Part shown: piece by piece, positions 63,013-64,000 of the stretch
Layout of the letters: the number at the start of each line of letters is the position of its first letter
Numbering within the stretch: position 1 is the stretch's first letter
DNA from: Tubiluchus corallicola
Taxonomy: Eukaryota; Animalia; Priapulida
Length of the DNA: 64,000 nucleotides
Direction: 5' to 3'
NCBI GenBank assembly: GCA_030141605.1
Contig: JAQGDQ010000028.1
Span: 744,001 to 808,000 of the forward strand
Position numbers and translations under genes: made by a program
Notes under the pieces: model-generated
What the model was told of the DNA's origin: nothing
The model's input: only the letters and a program-made list of their open reading frames with translations
Database searches by the model: none

Positions 63013-63180
63013 TAGGTAATCTCTAAGGTAGGCTCTGCCCGATTTCCGCTCTTCTGTTCAGCGTCATTTACATGACTCTTACGTTTAACCGTGTTAGTAT
63101 AGACAATGGCATAAGTGTTGCTTCGAGCAACTGTCTCGGACCGGCACGGTTGGACAACTGTTCGGAAACTGTCAGGTTGC
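63013..63180 (-). CDS. Possible terminal coding exon of an unidentified minus-strand gene extending past the right edge
   Basis: GC-richer island after a tttgctag acceptor; one open frame, QPDSFRTVVQPCRSETVARSNTYAIVY...LEIT*; no recognisable homology. Confidence 0.3.
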
Positions 63181-64000
63181 CTAGCAAATTAATGCCAAAA
63201 AATAATAATGACTGAAAATGAAAAGTTGCTTTTGTAGACTAGAGTGAAAAATAAATGCTTCACACATAGGCCACTAGATGGAACAAGTAAAAGAACATAA
63301 AAATGCATGACACAATGCTCTCAAAAATGAAAAATCACAATCAAGCAATTGAATTATTACTATAGGGAAAGATCCGCTTATGAAAACACATTTCTTTGCT
63401 ACATACAAGAGCATTCGAAATTCTGAGTGGTTGTTCATATTTGCAAAAACTTGTTTCCACTCTCGATGGCATGGTTGTATTGTAATTGTACGTTCACCAA
63501 AAGAAATTAGCACTAATATTTTAAGAACAAAAATCCTAATATTCTACAAATTGGACAAAAAATGTCAGTGTTTAACTTGAAGCTTCAGAAAGGAAAATAA
63601 AGTAGGTCTTGCCTGAAGGATTAAGGACTTAAACAATAAGATTTTCGAAAAAGCTAAATAGAATTAGGATTGCTTGATATTATTTATATTCGTTTCTTGC
63701 AGAGAAGTTAGCCACTTATGTATTTTCAAACACTAAATTTTTACTTTTGCAAGTTTTTGATATGTATATGAAATTGAGCGTATAAAGTTTGTAATTTTAT
63801 TGCGATGCAAATTTGTAAAAAAAATACTTTTTATTTTGCTATATCTGAAGTAAATCATACAGGTGATTACATAATGTAAGAATGATAGAAAAATAAAAAT
63901 ATGTGTAAAAGTGTCACAGAATTGAGTTTTGATTGTAATCATGGCTTCCGACAGTAATTCACAGTTCAAAGCCAGTATCCTCAAAATTTTGTGTTCACTT

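Overview
AT-rich eukaryotic (invertebrate animal) genomic DNA with GT-AG introns; no prokaryotic features. From left to right: (1) the 5' half of an anoctamin/TMEM16 gene on the minus strand (first coding exon 19782-19704, running off the left edge), with candidate alternative exons: a second first-coding exon, a 57-nt cassette exon and a 27-nt microexon. (2) A complete 10-exon MTCH2 gene (+, 23765-37321, 324 aa). (3) CIAO1 with an intronless CDS (-, 40215-39217). (4) An intronless, divergent class A GPCR with a Tyr/Asp/Glu-rich N-terminus (+, 49104-50099). (5) A 4-exon CCDC167 gene that the ORF track misses (+, 56064-59150). Introns and intergenic DNA hold many transposon relics (MITEs/foldbacks, a tRNA-derived SINE, CR1/L2/RTE and Penelope-like fragments) and microsatellites. 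The most notable element is a young RTE retrotransposon in MTCH2 intron 7 (31032-32862, -). It has a 12-bp target-site duplication and a large internal deletion, and it begins with an HDV-like self-cleaving ribozyme whose predicted cleavage site is exactly the element's 5' end. All gene models were spliced by hand. Family names come from remembered motifs, not database searches.
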